Positions 39,061 to 47,662 of a stretch of DNA of 64,000 bases are shown here, piece by piece (position 1 is the stretch's first letter; every line of letters starts with the position of its first letter). The DNA is from a virus. The position numbers and the translations under genes are program-made. Location of the stretch: positions 6,473-70,472 of IMG/VR virus record IMGVR_UViG_3300047094_001400. One strand, written 5' to 3'. Under the pieces are notes generated by a model. It was given only the letters and a program-made list of their open reading frames with translations, was not told where the DNA came from and did not search any database.

Positions 39061-39249
39061 ATGGCAAAGAAAGAACCAAAATTAAAGCACATAGTAATTA
39101 TTGGAAAGTTCGATGATGGCAATTGCCGTCAAGTATTAATTAATCCAAAAACTCAGGATGTCGTATTGTCTGCGATAGTTGCATGCGAAGGTAGTGTTAG
39201 AGTACTTGATAAAGTTATTGATAATATTGACATTGAAATACCTGAATAA
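39061..39249 (+). CDS. Hypothetical protein
   Basis: 62-aa ORF with CCCGTATAAA leader. Confidence 0.55.
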   Translation: MAKKEPKLKHIVIIGKFDDGNCRQVLINPKTQDVVLSAIVACEGSVRVLDKVIDNIDIEIPE

Positions 39250-39279
39250 CCTTTTCACTTCAACCCCGTATAAACCAAT

Positions 39280-39762
39280 ATGACACCTTTCAACACCACT
39301 ATCACCGAAACGCACCCAGACAACTTAGACTGGCTGTATCATTTCCAACTTCCAGATGGTCGAACCGCTTATATCGAGCCACACTCGATTGACCACTCCA
39401 ATCCGTACAAGTACCATTCATTCCTGCTGAATGACATCAGGAATAACAAGGTATTGGAAATCAGGCAGGGTATAATAACCCCGAAACAAGCCTATCGGGA
39501 CTGGTTCGTGATGCCGTTTCATACCGACCGCAAATACTTCTTCCAGTTAATCATGCCTGAACTAATTATTGACGGCTGGGACATTGACGAACTGCTCAAA
39601 ATGGAGAAGGAGTTTAATTATTCAGGACACAACGCTTTCAAACTATACCGCAACGACTACGGGCATACCTGCTACGATGTCGAAGCGATTGATAGAAACT
39701 ACACCGGCATAGATGGCTGGTACATTGGAATCATAAAAGACAAGGAGGTTCAAGATGTTTGA
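39280..39762 (+). CDS. Hypothetical protein
   Basis: 160-aa ORF with CCCGTATAAA leader. Confidence 0.6.
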   Translation: MTPFNTTITETHPDNLDWLYHFQLPDGRTAYIEPHSIDHSNPYKYHSFLLNDIRNNKVLEIRQGIITPKQAYRDWFVMPFHTDRKYFFQLIMPELIIDGWDIDELLKMEKEFNYSGHNAFKLYRNDYGHTCYDVEAIDRNYTGIDGWYIGIIKDKEVQDV

Positions 39763-40036
39763 GATAAACGGCAAAATATATACAGAACGCCCACAACAAC
39801 CTAAAAAGAAAACCAGAATAGGTAGGATTGAACTTATGGCAATGGCAATGACTTACATTAATCTGTACAATTACGGAGGCTCAAATTATACCAGACCTTT
39901 TCCGAAATTAAAAAATAGTTTGGTTGAAGAATTTAGGCTCATTCAAGAAAAAAAATCAAGCCTTTCAAGAGCCGAAAGAAAAATGATTGAAAGTCGATTT
40001 CATACAGTTTATCAGGAGGTGCAAGATGAGAACTAA
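39755..40036 (+). CDS. Hypothetical protein
   Basis: 93-aa ORF overlapping its neighbours. Confidence 0.55.
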   Translation: MFEINGKIYTERPQQPKKKTRIGRIELMAMAMTYINLYNYGGSNYTRPFPKLKNSLVEEFRLIQEKKSSLSRAERKMIESRFHTVYQEVQDEN

Positions 40037-40334
40037 CCCATACACTTACCGATTCGGCTACAAGATAGCCACATACCCCCTTGCCGTGCTTTGTATCGCA
40101 TTATCTTTCGCTTGGATAAGTACAAGTATCAGTCGGGATAATTCAAGAGAAATGGAGATGTTTTGGCGTTCCGGCTACATTGAAAGTCGGGCGATGCTGA
40201 ACTATTCGATTCGGGAGAAGGATATATTGATTGATGTTATTACCGCTCAAGAATCGGGCATATGCGAAATATACTGCGAGCATATCAGGCAGTTTAAGAT
40301 TGAACATGCAAAGAGACACGGGAATGACAACTAA
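40026..40334 (+). CDS. Hypothetical membrane-anchored protein
   Basis: One hydrophobic segment; ATG at 40026. Confidence 0.5.
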   Translation: MRTNPYTYRFGYKIATYPLAVLCIALSFAWISTSISRDNSREMEMFWRSGYIESRAMLNYSIREKDILIDVITAQESGICEIYCEHIRQFKIEHAKRHGNDN

Positions 40335-40581
40335 AACCCTATCCAGTGGCATCCGCATTGACGACAACAGGTCGATTAATTGTGGCGTGTCAATATCGAA
40401 TCAGAATAACCCGATGTATCTGCTTTGGTACGATTCAGGAAGAAACGAGTTCGCATTCACGATAAAAACCACTGAAAATGTTTACTACATGGACGACCTG
40501 AACGACTACATCAACGCCCTTGCCGATATAATTCAGGCAATGGCTGAGGCGAATGAGTTTGTAAATAATGTAACAAAGTAA
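40324..40581 (+). CDS. Hypothetical protein
   Basis: ATG at 40324, in operon. Confidence 0.5.
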   Translation: MTTKTLSSGIRIDDNRSINCGVSISNQNNPMYLLWYDSGRNEFAFTIKTTENVYYMDDLNDYINALADIIQAMAEANEFVNNVTK

Positions 40582-40603
40582 CACCAAACCCGTATAAAGT
40601 AAT

Positions 40604-40951
40604 ATGAACGAACAAACTAAACTCGAAATCCTGTGTGCGTATTTGCCGTATGGGGTGGAATGCCTTATAGATGGCACAATTACGGCACAAATGCACTCTG
40701 TTTATTCAGATGGCACTTGCACATTTCACGACATAGTCGAGTCGGAACAAGGCTTTAAATCAGTTCAACCCATCCTGCGCCACCCGAACGATATGACGGA
40801 GGAGGAGTTGGGTAATGTATATGAAATATGGGATAGCACTACGGAGGTCATTGATATGGCTACCAAATACCTCCGCTACCTATGGTCTATCCACATCGAC
40901 ACATTCGGAGCGATTGAGGCAGGGTGGGCAATAAGGAAAGAAACTAATTAA
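40604..40951 (+). CDS. Conserved phage hypothetical protein
   Basis: 'CAYLPYGV..PILRHPNDMTEEE..HIDTFGAIEAGWAI' pattern recalled from Bacteroidota phages. Confidence 0.6.
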   Translation: MNEQTKLEILCAYLPYGVECLIDGTITAQMHSVYSDGTCTFHDIVESEQGFKSVQPILRHPNDMTEEELGNVYEIWDSTTEVIDMATKYLRYLWSIHIDTFGAIEAGWAIRKETN

Positions 40952-40958
40952 ACCAGAT

Positions 40959-41498
40959 ATGACACCAAACGAAATCCAAAACCAAATCAATCAACTCCAA
41001 GCCGAGTTGGACAAACTCAAAAAAGCCGACACTTACTTTCCCGAATTGGGCGAGGTTGTATGGGTATCGGACGACTTAGAAGAGTGGCATAAGCGAATCT
41101 TCATCAAGTTCCTTGGCTTCAAATCCAGTCCGTACAAATGCGTCTGGGAAAACAAATCCAACACGACCAAGAACTATCTGCTTGGGAAAAATTACATCAC
41201 CTCAGACTGGGCTTATTGTCGCAGGATGGATGGGGAGATTATTCCGTTCGGTCGGGACAAGTCAATCCAATACCATGTTGCCGTACACGAGGCGGTAACA
41301 ACCGAACCGAACCCATACAGCGTTGATTGGTCAAATGCTCCTGAGTGGGCGGAATTTCATATGTACGATGAGACTAAAAGCGGCTATTTTAAAGGGTGGG
41401 TTACGAGAGGTTGTTTTTGGAGCGGCTGTTTCGCACCATCCGGCTTCACCCTCCCCACCGGATTAGATTGGAAATTATCCAAAACAACACGACCATGA
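40959..41498 (+). CDS. Hypothetical protein
   Basis: 179 aa; C-terminal 'DWSNAPEWA..DWKLSKTTRP' module. Confidence 0.6.
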   Translation: MTPNEIQNQINQLQAELDKLKKADTYFPELGEVVWVSDDLEEWHKRIFIKFLGFKSSPYKCVWENKSNTTKNYLLGKNYITSDWAYCRRMDGEIIPFGRDKSIQYHVAVHEAVTTEPNPYSVDWSNAPEWAEFHMYDETKSGYFKGWVTRGCFWSGCFAPSGFTLPTGLDWKLSKTTRP

Positions 41499-41683
41499 CA
41501 ATCTGGATTAACAACACCGAATACTTCGTCAGTGCCGACCTATTCCCCGGCTACGACCTTGAACGATTGGCGAGGTGGTTCAGCAAGAACCGACCTAACC
41601 AAGACATGCAAGCGTTTGTTCAGTTCTGGCAGAACCGAATCAGTGGGGCAGATGATAGTTTCAAAGAGATGATTGTACTATGA
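41495..41683 (+). CDS. Hypothetical protein
   Basis: ATGA overlap with the previous gene. Confidence 0.5.
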   Translation: MTIWINNTEYFVSADLFPGYDLERLARWFSKNRPNQDMQAFVQFWQNRISGADDSFKEMIVL

Positions 41684-41788
41684 AACGGAACGAATACATC
41701 AAAGCATTTTATTCGCTCGGTATAACGATACCGGCACTCGCTCAGGCGTATAACCTTCCTGAATATTATGTTGAACGAATTGTAAAGT

Positions 41789-41998
41789 ATGGGAAATAAT
41801 ATGACAAAACGATTTAAAATTGAACCCGACCTTACCTGCCCTGAGTTGGCTGGGTATAAGTTGCCACAGATTGAACGCACCCCGATTGCGATTGAGGTGG
41901 AGATGGACTCAACAAAAAGTTTATTAGGCGTTTGGACTGGATTTGTTCCAGCATTAAACCCAGACGGAACGGTGAAAGGGAGGTATATTTATGAGTAA
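41789..41998 (+). CDS. Hypothetical protein
   Basis: 69-aa ORF. Confidence 0.45.
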   Translation: MGNNMTKRFKIEPDLTCPELAGYKLPQIERTPIAIEVEMDSTKSLLGVWTGFVPALNPDGTVKGRYIYE

Positions 41999-42224
41999 AC
42001 AGCAAACCGCAGTGGAGTGGTTATTGGAAAATATGCCAGAAGATTATATGGCATCTATTCCTTATGAACTTGCAGAACAAGCCACCCAAATGAACCGAGA
42101 GCAGATAGAGCAAGCCTTTATAAAAGGGAATGAATTCGTTCCTAAATGGAAAATAAATGGTGTGCCATATATTGAATCTGAACAATATTATGAACAAACC
42201 TATGGAACTACAAAAAGCAGTTGA
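41991..42224 (+). CDS. Conserved small phage protein
   Basis: 'KQQTAVEWL..EQIEQAF..EQYYEQTYG' pattern. Confidence 0.65.
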   Translation: MSKQQTAVEWLLENMPEDYMASIPYELAEQATQMNREQIEQAFIKGNEFVPKWKINGVPYIESEQYYEQTYGTTKSS

Positions 42225-42381
42225 CATCTTAATGCACCTGCACCGCCATAAACTTGGCAAAGCAGACAAGCCAAATTGCACCGATGCGGAGATTAACACA
42301 GCGAGGAATGTGTTGATGCACTATAATAATTTGCAAAGAACTATCGTTGCCGGACGAACAACCGGAGTAAGTAAGTTATGA
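42202..42381 (+). CDS. Hypothetical protein
   Basis: ATG at 42202. Confidence 0.45.
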   Translation: MELQKAVDILMHLHRHKLGKADKPNCTDAEINTARNVLMHYNNLQRTIVAGRTTGVSKL

Positions 42382-42536
42382 GTAAAAACAGATTAAAATA
42401 TGTATTGACAACAACCTTTTTCTTTTCTGTTTCAATGATTGGATTTTACCATTCTGTTGGATTCGAAATTACCGTACTTTTTGGTATGGTAATGTTATCT
42501 GCTGGAATAGCAAGCATAAGATACGGAGGCGATTAA
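42378..42536 (+). CDS. Small two-TM membrane protein (not in the ORF track)
   Basis: MSKNRLKYVLTTTFFFSVSMIGFYHSVGFEITVLFGMVMLSAGIASIRYGGD*. Confidence 0.6.
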   Translation: MSKNRLKYVLTTTFFFSVSMIGFYHSVGFEITVLFGMVMLSAGIASIRYGGD

Positions 42537-42641
42537 CCGGATTTCTCCGGAACGAAAGAGGACAGCCCTGCTTAATGTGGGGATGTTTTATTTTAGAACA
42601 ACTCTCAACCACGCATTACCCACAACCGGAGTAAGTAAGTT

Positions 42642-42833
42642 ATGAAAAAATTATTTAAAAGTATATTTGCGTTCTTTTTGGCATTCCTTGTTTTCCAGTT
42701 AATACACAATTACGGGTTATGGATGGCAGAATTAAAATGGAGTATTTCTGATTCTTCTTTACTTATTCCCGAAACGATTGTTGCTATGTTATTTGCTTTT
42801 GTTTTTTATATACTTGGAGAGGATAAAGATTAA
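42642..42833 (+). CDS. Small two-TM membrane protein
   Basis: 63 aa with two hydrophobic helices. Confidence 0.6.
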   Translation: MKKLFKSIFAFFLAFLVFQLIHNYGLWMAELKWSISDSSLLIPETIVAMLFAFVFYILGEDKD

Positions 42834-42861
42834 CCGCAACCCAAACCGGAGTAAAATCATT

Positions 42862-42894
42862 CAACCCCTGCCTAACAAGTAGGGGTTGTTTATT
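42862..42894 (+). terminator. Intrinsic terminator
   Basis: caacccctgc-N7-gtaggggttg followed by tttatt. Confidence 0.6.
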
Positions 42895-42973
42895 ACCCGG
42901 TGATTTTTAAAAACCGTTTTGCCCCGTTTTCTCAGGTTTAATCCAACCCGAAATTCAGGACCAAGCAAGGCAC

Positions 42974-43013
42974 AAAAAAACCCAAGCTAATTAAAGCCTG
43001 GGTTTCTTTTTTT
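42974..43013. terminator. Bidirectional terminator where the two operons converge
   Basis: A run, ccca..tggg hairpin, T run, between convergent transcription units. Confidence 0.7.
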
Positions 43014-43030
43014 ACTGCCAACCTGAATCC

Positions 43031-43237
43031 TTAATAGTCCGGTCTTTTGTTCATCACTACTTCATAAAGATTAATCCATGCCATAAACCAGGTAATCATG
43101 AAGCAACTTAGAAACGAATGAATAAGAATATCGGAGTAGTAATTGTATCCCCGAATCCGCTTCAGGAATATAGCAAAGACTAAGTAAGTAAGGAACGGTG
43201 CCCAATAAATGAGCTGCCAAATGATTAATGCTTTCAT
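43031..43237 (-). CDS. Small membrane protein
   Basis: Two TM segments from ATG 43237. Confidence 0.55.
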   Translation of the reverse strand: MKALIIWQLIYWAPFLTYLVFAIFLKRIRGYNYYSDILIHSFLSCFMITWFMAWINLYEVVMNKRPDY

Positions 43238-43512
43238 TCTTTGTCCCCCCTTTCCCGTTTGCTCGTTTCCCTTACACGGATAACTAAATCCATTTCTAAG
43301 GCATCTAATACTGCCAACAAGGACTTCAAAGATAGGTTCCTGCCCTGGCATACATTGTAAACAGATACCCTACACATACCCGTTTCCTGCCCTATGGTAG
43401 TATTACTTTTTTCTTCCATTCTTTTGGCTATGGATGTTTTAATCAAAAGATTCTCTAAGAATCTCCGATGTAGGGTTTCAACCCTGTTTGTGAACTGTTC
43501 TTTTTTCTTCAT
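43234..43512 (-). CDS. HTH regulator
   Basis: 'SNTTIGQETGMCRVSVYNVCQG..LSLKSLLAVLDAL'. Confidence 0.65.
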   Translation of the reverse strand: MKKKEQFTNRVETLHRRFLENLLIKTSIAKRMEEKSNTTIGQETGMCRVSVYNVCQGRNLSLKSLLAVLDALEMDLVIRVRETSKRERGDKE

Positions 43513-43769
43513 TGGTTTGAACTTGGAATGTAAAAAAAATCATTGTCAATACGGTAAAACTTCACCATTGGAAATTTCTTTCTGTTTCTGGGGACAAACA
43601 AAACTTCTGTGGAATCATGGGACAAAAAGAACCCATACCCTTGTTTGTGGATACTTGCTTGGTGGTAGATCCATTTCTCAGGATAATGAAGCCTCGAAGG
43701 TTCATTGTGTTTTGATACTGAACAGGAATAAAGAATCCCTGCTGTAAGGAATGCAAATAGTACTTTCAT
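43509..43769 (-). CDS. Putative lipoprotein
   Basis: 'MKVLFAFLTAGILYSC' lipobox. Confidence 0.55.
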   Translation of the reverse strand: MKVLFAFLTAGILYSCSVSKHNEPSRLHYPEKWIYHQASIHKQGYGFFLSHDSTEVLFVPRNRKKFPMVKFYRIDNDFFYIPSSNQ

Positions 43770-43886
43770 TTAGAAATTGAATAAAGTGTGACGAATGACA
43801 AATAATCCTGTGAGCAGGATAAGGACAACAGTAATTACCTCGTCCCTTGTTAGTGGTTTTGGTGGCCTTGGTTTGAACTTTCTCAT
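43770..43886 (-). CDS. Small single-TM peptide (not in the ORF track)
   Basis: MRKFKPRPPKPLTRDEVITVVLILLTGLFVIRHTLFNF*. Confidence 0.45.
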   Translation of the reverse strand: MRKFKPRPPKPLTRDEVITVVLILLTGLFVIRHTLFNF

Positions 43887-43907
43887 AAGGTTTGTAAATT
43901 AAGTTAG

Positions 43908-43958
43908 TTCCGGGAGCAGGAATCGAACCTACCTGAATACCCAAATGTAATCCCGGAA
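43908..43958 (-). ncRNA. Anticodon-less tRNA-like element A
   Basis: ttccggga/tcccggaa acceptor-like stem, tac-atttgg-gta arm, T-arm gtagg-TTCGATT-cctgc. Confidence 0.7.
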
Positions 43959-43968
43959 TCAAAGAGGA

Positions 43969-44991
43969 TTAAACGGTTTCTTTAATCATTATAGGCATAA
44001 CTATAAAGTTATCATCAACCCATGCAGCCCTGTTGGGGGTTGATAGGTTCAAAGTAACTTCAGGACTTTTGCTGTCCTTTAATACCTGAATCAAAAACTT
44101 TGCATTGAATCCTGCCAAAAATCCATTTTCTCCTGTCCATTCGCAAGGAACTGTGGTACTGAATTCCTTTGAGTAATCCATATCCTCAGCAAATAGGCTT
44201 AATTTATCCTCAGTGAGCATAAATTTAACCATTGGAACAGTTTTATTAGTGTACTTCAAACAAGCCTCTAAGGCCTTAATAATTCCATTTCTGTTAATGG
44301 TTACAAAAGTGTTTGTTTTTTCAGGAAGCACATTCCGATAAGAAGGGAACTTGTCGCACATTAAACGAGTATAAAAGAATCCAAAATCTAAATGAACCTT
44401 TGCCCGTGAACAATCTGAATTTACTTCTATGGTCCTCGTTGCATTCAGAATTTTATGGACAACCTTTGCCGGAATCACAAAATCGAAATTCCCTTCTTTA
44501 TGGTATTGGTTAGGTTCTACCTTTAGCCTGTGTGCATCCGTGGAACAAATATCCTTACCTACAAATATCCCATTCATAGCAGGTTTAAGCTCATCAGTAC
44601 TTGCAAAGGGGACAAAGCCTGTAAGGTCCGGAATTGTAGTTTTGAATTCAGGAATGAATTCGGGAATCGAAGGGAATTCAGAATTATTTTCCCCGTAAGA
44701 CTTCATATTCATTTCTCCTGCTGTGAATGTTATTTCGTAGGTTTCATAATCTAAATTCATTTCTACAATTTGATTCCCTAAGGTTTTTAATGTTTCCATA
44801 AATTCCTGAAAATTTATACATACTTCAGGAAGGTTCTTGTATGGAATGTGAATCGTTTGTTCAAGGTTCGTACCAGTAAATCCCTGAGAATCTAATTTCA
44901 GGCATTCTATAATAGGTAATTTGTGACGTTTCGGAATTACCGCCTGCATTGGTGCAAGAATTTTGATAAGGAAGGAAGGATTGATTTTCAT
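43969..44991 (-). CDS. dnaN: DNA polymerase III beta sliding clamp homolog
   Basis: 'GTNLE', 'EFPSIP', 'ASTDELKPAMNGI', 'STDAHRL', 'KFPSYRNVLP', 'FNAKFL', 'IVMPI'. Confidence 0.85.
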   Translation of the reverse strand: MKINPSFLIKILAPMQAVIPKRHKLPIIECLKLDSQGFTGTNLEQTIHIPYKNLPEVCINFQEFMETLKTLGNQIVEMNLDYETYEITFTAGEMNMKSYGENNSEFPSIPEFIPEFKTTIPDLTGFVPFASTDELKPAMNGIFVGKDICSTDAHRLKVEPNQYHKEGNFDFVIPAKVVHKILNATRTIEVNSDCSRAKVHLDFGFFYTRLMCDKFPSYRNVLPEKTNTFVTINRNGIIKALEACLKYTNKTVPMVKFMLTEDKLSLFAEDMDYSKEFSTTVPCEWTGENGFLAGFNAKFLIQVLKDSKSPEVTLNLSTPNRAAWVDDNFIVMPIMIKETV

Positions 44992-45017
44992 TGTTTTTTC
45001 GGTTTGAGGTGAAATGA

Positions 45018-45218
45018 TTAAAATTCTTTGATGTATTTCAAAATGTCGTTCCTTGTAACATATGCACCGCCAAAAGAAGGTTCAGAGTCAAAGAATGTTA
45101 ATTTTCCGCTAAGGTCGTGTGCAATAAACCCGTCAGGTCTTTTGTAAAAATCCATTTTGTTTAGGATGTCTTTGAAATCCTGCAATGTTACTTTGTTTGT
45201 TTCTTCTGTGGTTTCCAT
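45018..45218 (-). CDS. Hypothetical protein
   Basis: 66-aa ORF. Confidence 0.55.
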   Translation of the reverse strand: METTEETNKVTLQDFKDILNKMDFYKRPDGFIAHDLSGKLTFFDSEPSFGGAYVTRNDILKYIKEF

Positions 45219-45244
45219 GTTTTTTATTAAATAGGGTGAAATGA

Positions 45245-46042
45245 TTAATTATGAATCTCAGATTTTACATTCAGTACAATACTACTAACAGGAATATTCC
45301 CCTGTATGGCTTCCCATATAAGCAATATGGAATCAATTCCGGTTTGAGCGTGTAGTTCTATCAAAACTTTTTCCGCTTGTTCTAATCCCTTTGCTGGTGA
45401 TTTTGTCGGGTTTCCTGAATTACTTTCCCGTTTGTCCTGAATCTGTGTTTTTACTTTTGCCGGAATTACTTTCCCCGTTTCTGAATCTTTTGAACTTTCG
45501 ATAATTTGTCTAAGTTCGTCCGGATTGTCTGTCCCCTTCATGGCCTGAATAACAACAGATGCACTTACTTTCCCCGTTTCTATTTCGGTTTTTATTTCGC
45601 CAGGAGCATAACTCAGGGACAAAATATCCCTTACATACTGTTCCGAATAGGTACAACGCTTGCAAATTTCGGGAATGGTTTCTCCTGCAAGTTCGAGGGA
45701 CTGAAAAACTTCCGATAATTCCAAAGGAGTTAAACTTTTGCCCGAATTCCCGTTTATCTGTAAATACAAGGAATCCGCTTCAGAAAATTCCGTTTCAGGT
45801 TTGACTAAACAAGGGACCGGAAATTCAAAGCCTTGTAAACTTAGTTCCTGCAAGGCACGGAATCGTCGGAATCCGTCACGAATGTGGAATGTGCCTTCAG
45901 GACTTTCAAAGCCTTCTAAGGGCTTAATTAGCCCGTTTATACGGATATTATCCGCAAGGTTAGAAATATCCCCATAATCCGTGCGGGAATTGATTTTCTC
46001 ATCGGATATTAAATCCGAAAAATTGAATTGTTTTACTTGCAT
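45245..46042 (-). CDS. ParB/Srx-like protein with HTH
   Basis: 'LADNIRINGLIKPL', 'IRDGFRRFRA', 'GKSLTPLE'; ATG at 46042. Confidence 0.8.
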   Translation of the reverse strand: MQVKQFNFSDLISDEKINSRTDYGDISNLADNIRINGLIKPLEGFESPEGTFHIRDGFRRFRALQELSLQGFEFPVPCLVKPETEFSEADSLYLQINGNSGKSLTPLELSEVFQSLELAGETIPEICKRCTYSEQYVRDILSLSYAPGEIKTEIETGKVSASVVIQAMKGTDNPDELRQIIESSKDSETGKVIPAKVKTQIQDKRESNSGNPTKSPAKGLEQAEKVLIELHAQTGIDSILLIWEAIQGNIPVSSIVLNVKSEIHN

Positions 46043-46046
46043 GGTT

Positions 46047-46241
46047 TTATTGGTTAAGGTAATTATTGAAAAATTCTTTTGCCGTGAATTGTGCATCCTC
46101 AAAGGTTTCATATTTCCAACCTATGCAGGTAGTATCTGAAGGTTTTCCGGTCCTCGTTTCATAGGTTCCGGATTGATTCCGGACTATGTGACAAATTATC
46201 CGGTTTTTGTGTTTGAAGGTTTGAATTACATTGTTTTGCAT
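46047..46241 (-). CDS. Hypothetical protein
   Basis: 64-aa ORF downstream of the hammerhead. Confidence 0.55.
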   Translation of the reverse strand: MQNNVIQTFKHKNRIICHIVRNQSGTYETRTGKPSDTTCIGWKYETFEDAQFTAKEFFNNYLNQ

Positions 46242-46256
46242 AATGTTTTTATTTTA

Positions 46257-46309
46257 AGTTCATACACGGTTTTACCCGTGTTTCATCCTTACGGAATCAT
46301 CAGTGAACT
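46257..46309 (-). ncRNA. Hammerhead ribozyme (type I)
   Basis: agttca-CTGATGA-ttcc-gtaa-ggat-GAAA-cacgg-gtaaaa-ccgtg-TA-tgaact: full catalytic core, three stems and a GUA cleavage triplet. Confidence 0.8.
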
Positions 46310-46312
46310 AAA

Positions 46313-46834
46313 TTAGAATCTATTCCCATTCTCATAAAATTCCCATTCATATGCCTCGCACATTTCCGAGAATCCTTCCTCAGATAATTGATATTCATAA
46401 TCCTTGCAACCTGCTGAAATTACAGAATCAACACAATAATTTAGAATTTCCTGAAGGTTTGTGTATTTGCAAGGCCTTTGAAGGAATCTGTAAATAGGTT
46501 CCATAAAATCAATATCCGCACAAAATCCCGTGAACTTGCATTCGTTTTTTAATAATTCTACATTGTACCTGTTATTAAGGTATTTGTACAACCTTACTCC
46601 GGACAATTCAGAATTATTGTGTTCCGAAATTCTTACATTCCATGAAGTATTCCCCCAGTCTATGGAATAATTTTTCAATTCAATATCAAAGTAATTTAAT
46701 GCGTATCGAATTGTTCTAAGATAGTCATCGGACCAATAAAATTCTGTTGAATAGCAATAATTGTTAAGGGCTTTTTGTTTTGCGGAATCGGATAGTTCCG
46801 AAAATTTGTAAACTGTTTTTTCAATTGTTCTCAT
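46313..46834 (-). CDS. Conserved phage early-type protein
   Basis: 'VYKFSELSDSAKQKA..YEYQLSEE..EAYEWEFYENG' pattern; ATG at 46834. Confidence 0.65.
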   Translation of the reverse strand: MRTIEKTVYKFSELSDSAKQKALNNYCYSTEFYWSDDYLRTIRYALNYFDIELKNYSIDWGNTSWNVRISEHNNSELSGVRLYKYLNNRYNVELLKNECKFTGFCADIDFMEPIYRFLQRPCKYTNLQEILNYCVDSVISAGCKDYEYQLSEEGFSEMCEAYEWEFYENGNRF

Positions 46835-46858
46835 TTTATTTTTGGTTTTAAGGTTAGC

Positions 46859-46908
46859 TCCTGCTTCAGGGATCGAACCCGAATAATATCCCAACCACGG
46901 GAGCAGGA
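46859..46908 (-). ncRNA. Anticodon-less tRNA-like element B
   Basis: tcctgct/agcagga stem, ccc-gtggtt-ggg arm, T-arm tcggg-TTCGATC-cctga. Confidence 0.7.
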
Positions 46909-46916
46909 CAAAGGAA

Positions 46917-47129
46917 TTATTTAGATTTATTCCGGTAGGCTTTCATAAGGTAATTGTAAAGGGCCTTGTATCCCCTGTTTGACCTTCGGGGATTTTCGTG
47001 GTCCCTATACTCATCTACGGAAATTGAATCCGTGGTAATTGTACTAAACGGTTTCCCGTAAATTAACATAGTGACTCGGTAATGTCCGTGTCCAGTTTGG
47101 GTAATGCTGATGTGTTTTTTGGTTTGCAT
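46917..47129 (-). CDS. Hypothetical protein
   Basis: 70-aa ORF. Confidence 0.6.
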   Translation of the reverse strand: MQTKKHISITQTGHGHYRVTMLIYGKPFSTITTDSISVDEYRDHENPRRSNRGYKALYNYLMKAYRNKSK

Positions 47130-47152
47130 GGTTTTTAAGTGGTTTTAAGGTT

Positions 47153-47410
47153 TTACAATAATTCAACTGCACTAATTACCCCGGCTTTATTTGCTCCTGC
47201 CTGAATGAGAACTAATGCCCAAAATTTCGGATTTTTACCCGCTGGTGATGCTCCGGATTTTTCGCCATTACATAGCATGGAAATTAAGCTCATGTAACTT
47301 TGATAATGATTTTTAGACAACTCCGGCCCGTTTTCAATTTCCTGAATTTCCGGCCTTATGGCCTTAGACAATGAATCTAAGATTGTTTTTAATTCTGTAC
47401 TTACTTGCAT
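47153..47410 (-). CDS. Hypothetical protein
   Basis: 85-aa ORF. Confidence 0.6.
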   Translation of the reverse strand: MQVSTELKTILDSLSKAIRPEIQEIENGPELSKNHYQSYMSLISMLCNGEKSGASPAGKNPKFWALVLIQAGANKAGVISAVELL

Positions 47411-47434
47411 GGTTTTAAGGTTTGATGGTTTGAA

Positions 47435-47632
47435 TTACTTGTTTTTCCATTCTTTTGTGCATCTTGAGGACCTGTAAACAGGCATTCCGGATAAATGGTA
47501 TTCACTTACCATTTTAGATACATAGTCCCTAAATTCTTTGGGGTTTGTGGGGGAATCGATCCCAGGGGTGAAACTGTCCACGGTTTCTACACCAAAGGAA
47601 CCACGGAAATTTAAAAATACTGTCTTTTGCAT
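47435..47632 (-). CDS. Hypothetical protein
   Basis: 65-aa ORF. Confidence 0.6.
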   Translation of the reverse strand: MQKTVFLNFRGSFGVETVDSFTPGIDSPTNPKEFRDYVSKMVSEYHLSGMPVYRSSRCTKEWKNK

Positions 47633-47662
47633 AATGAAAGGTTTTAAAGGTTAAATTTTTAG

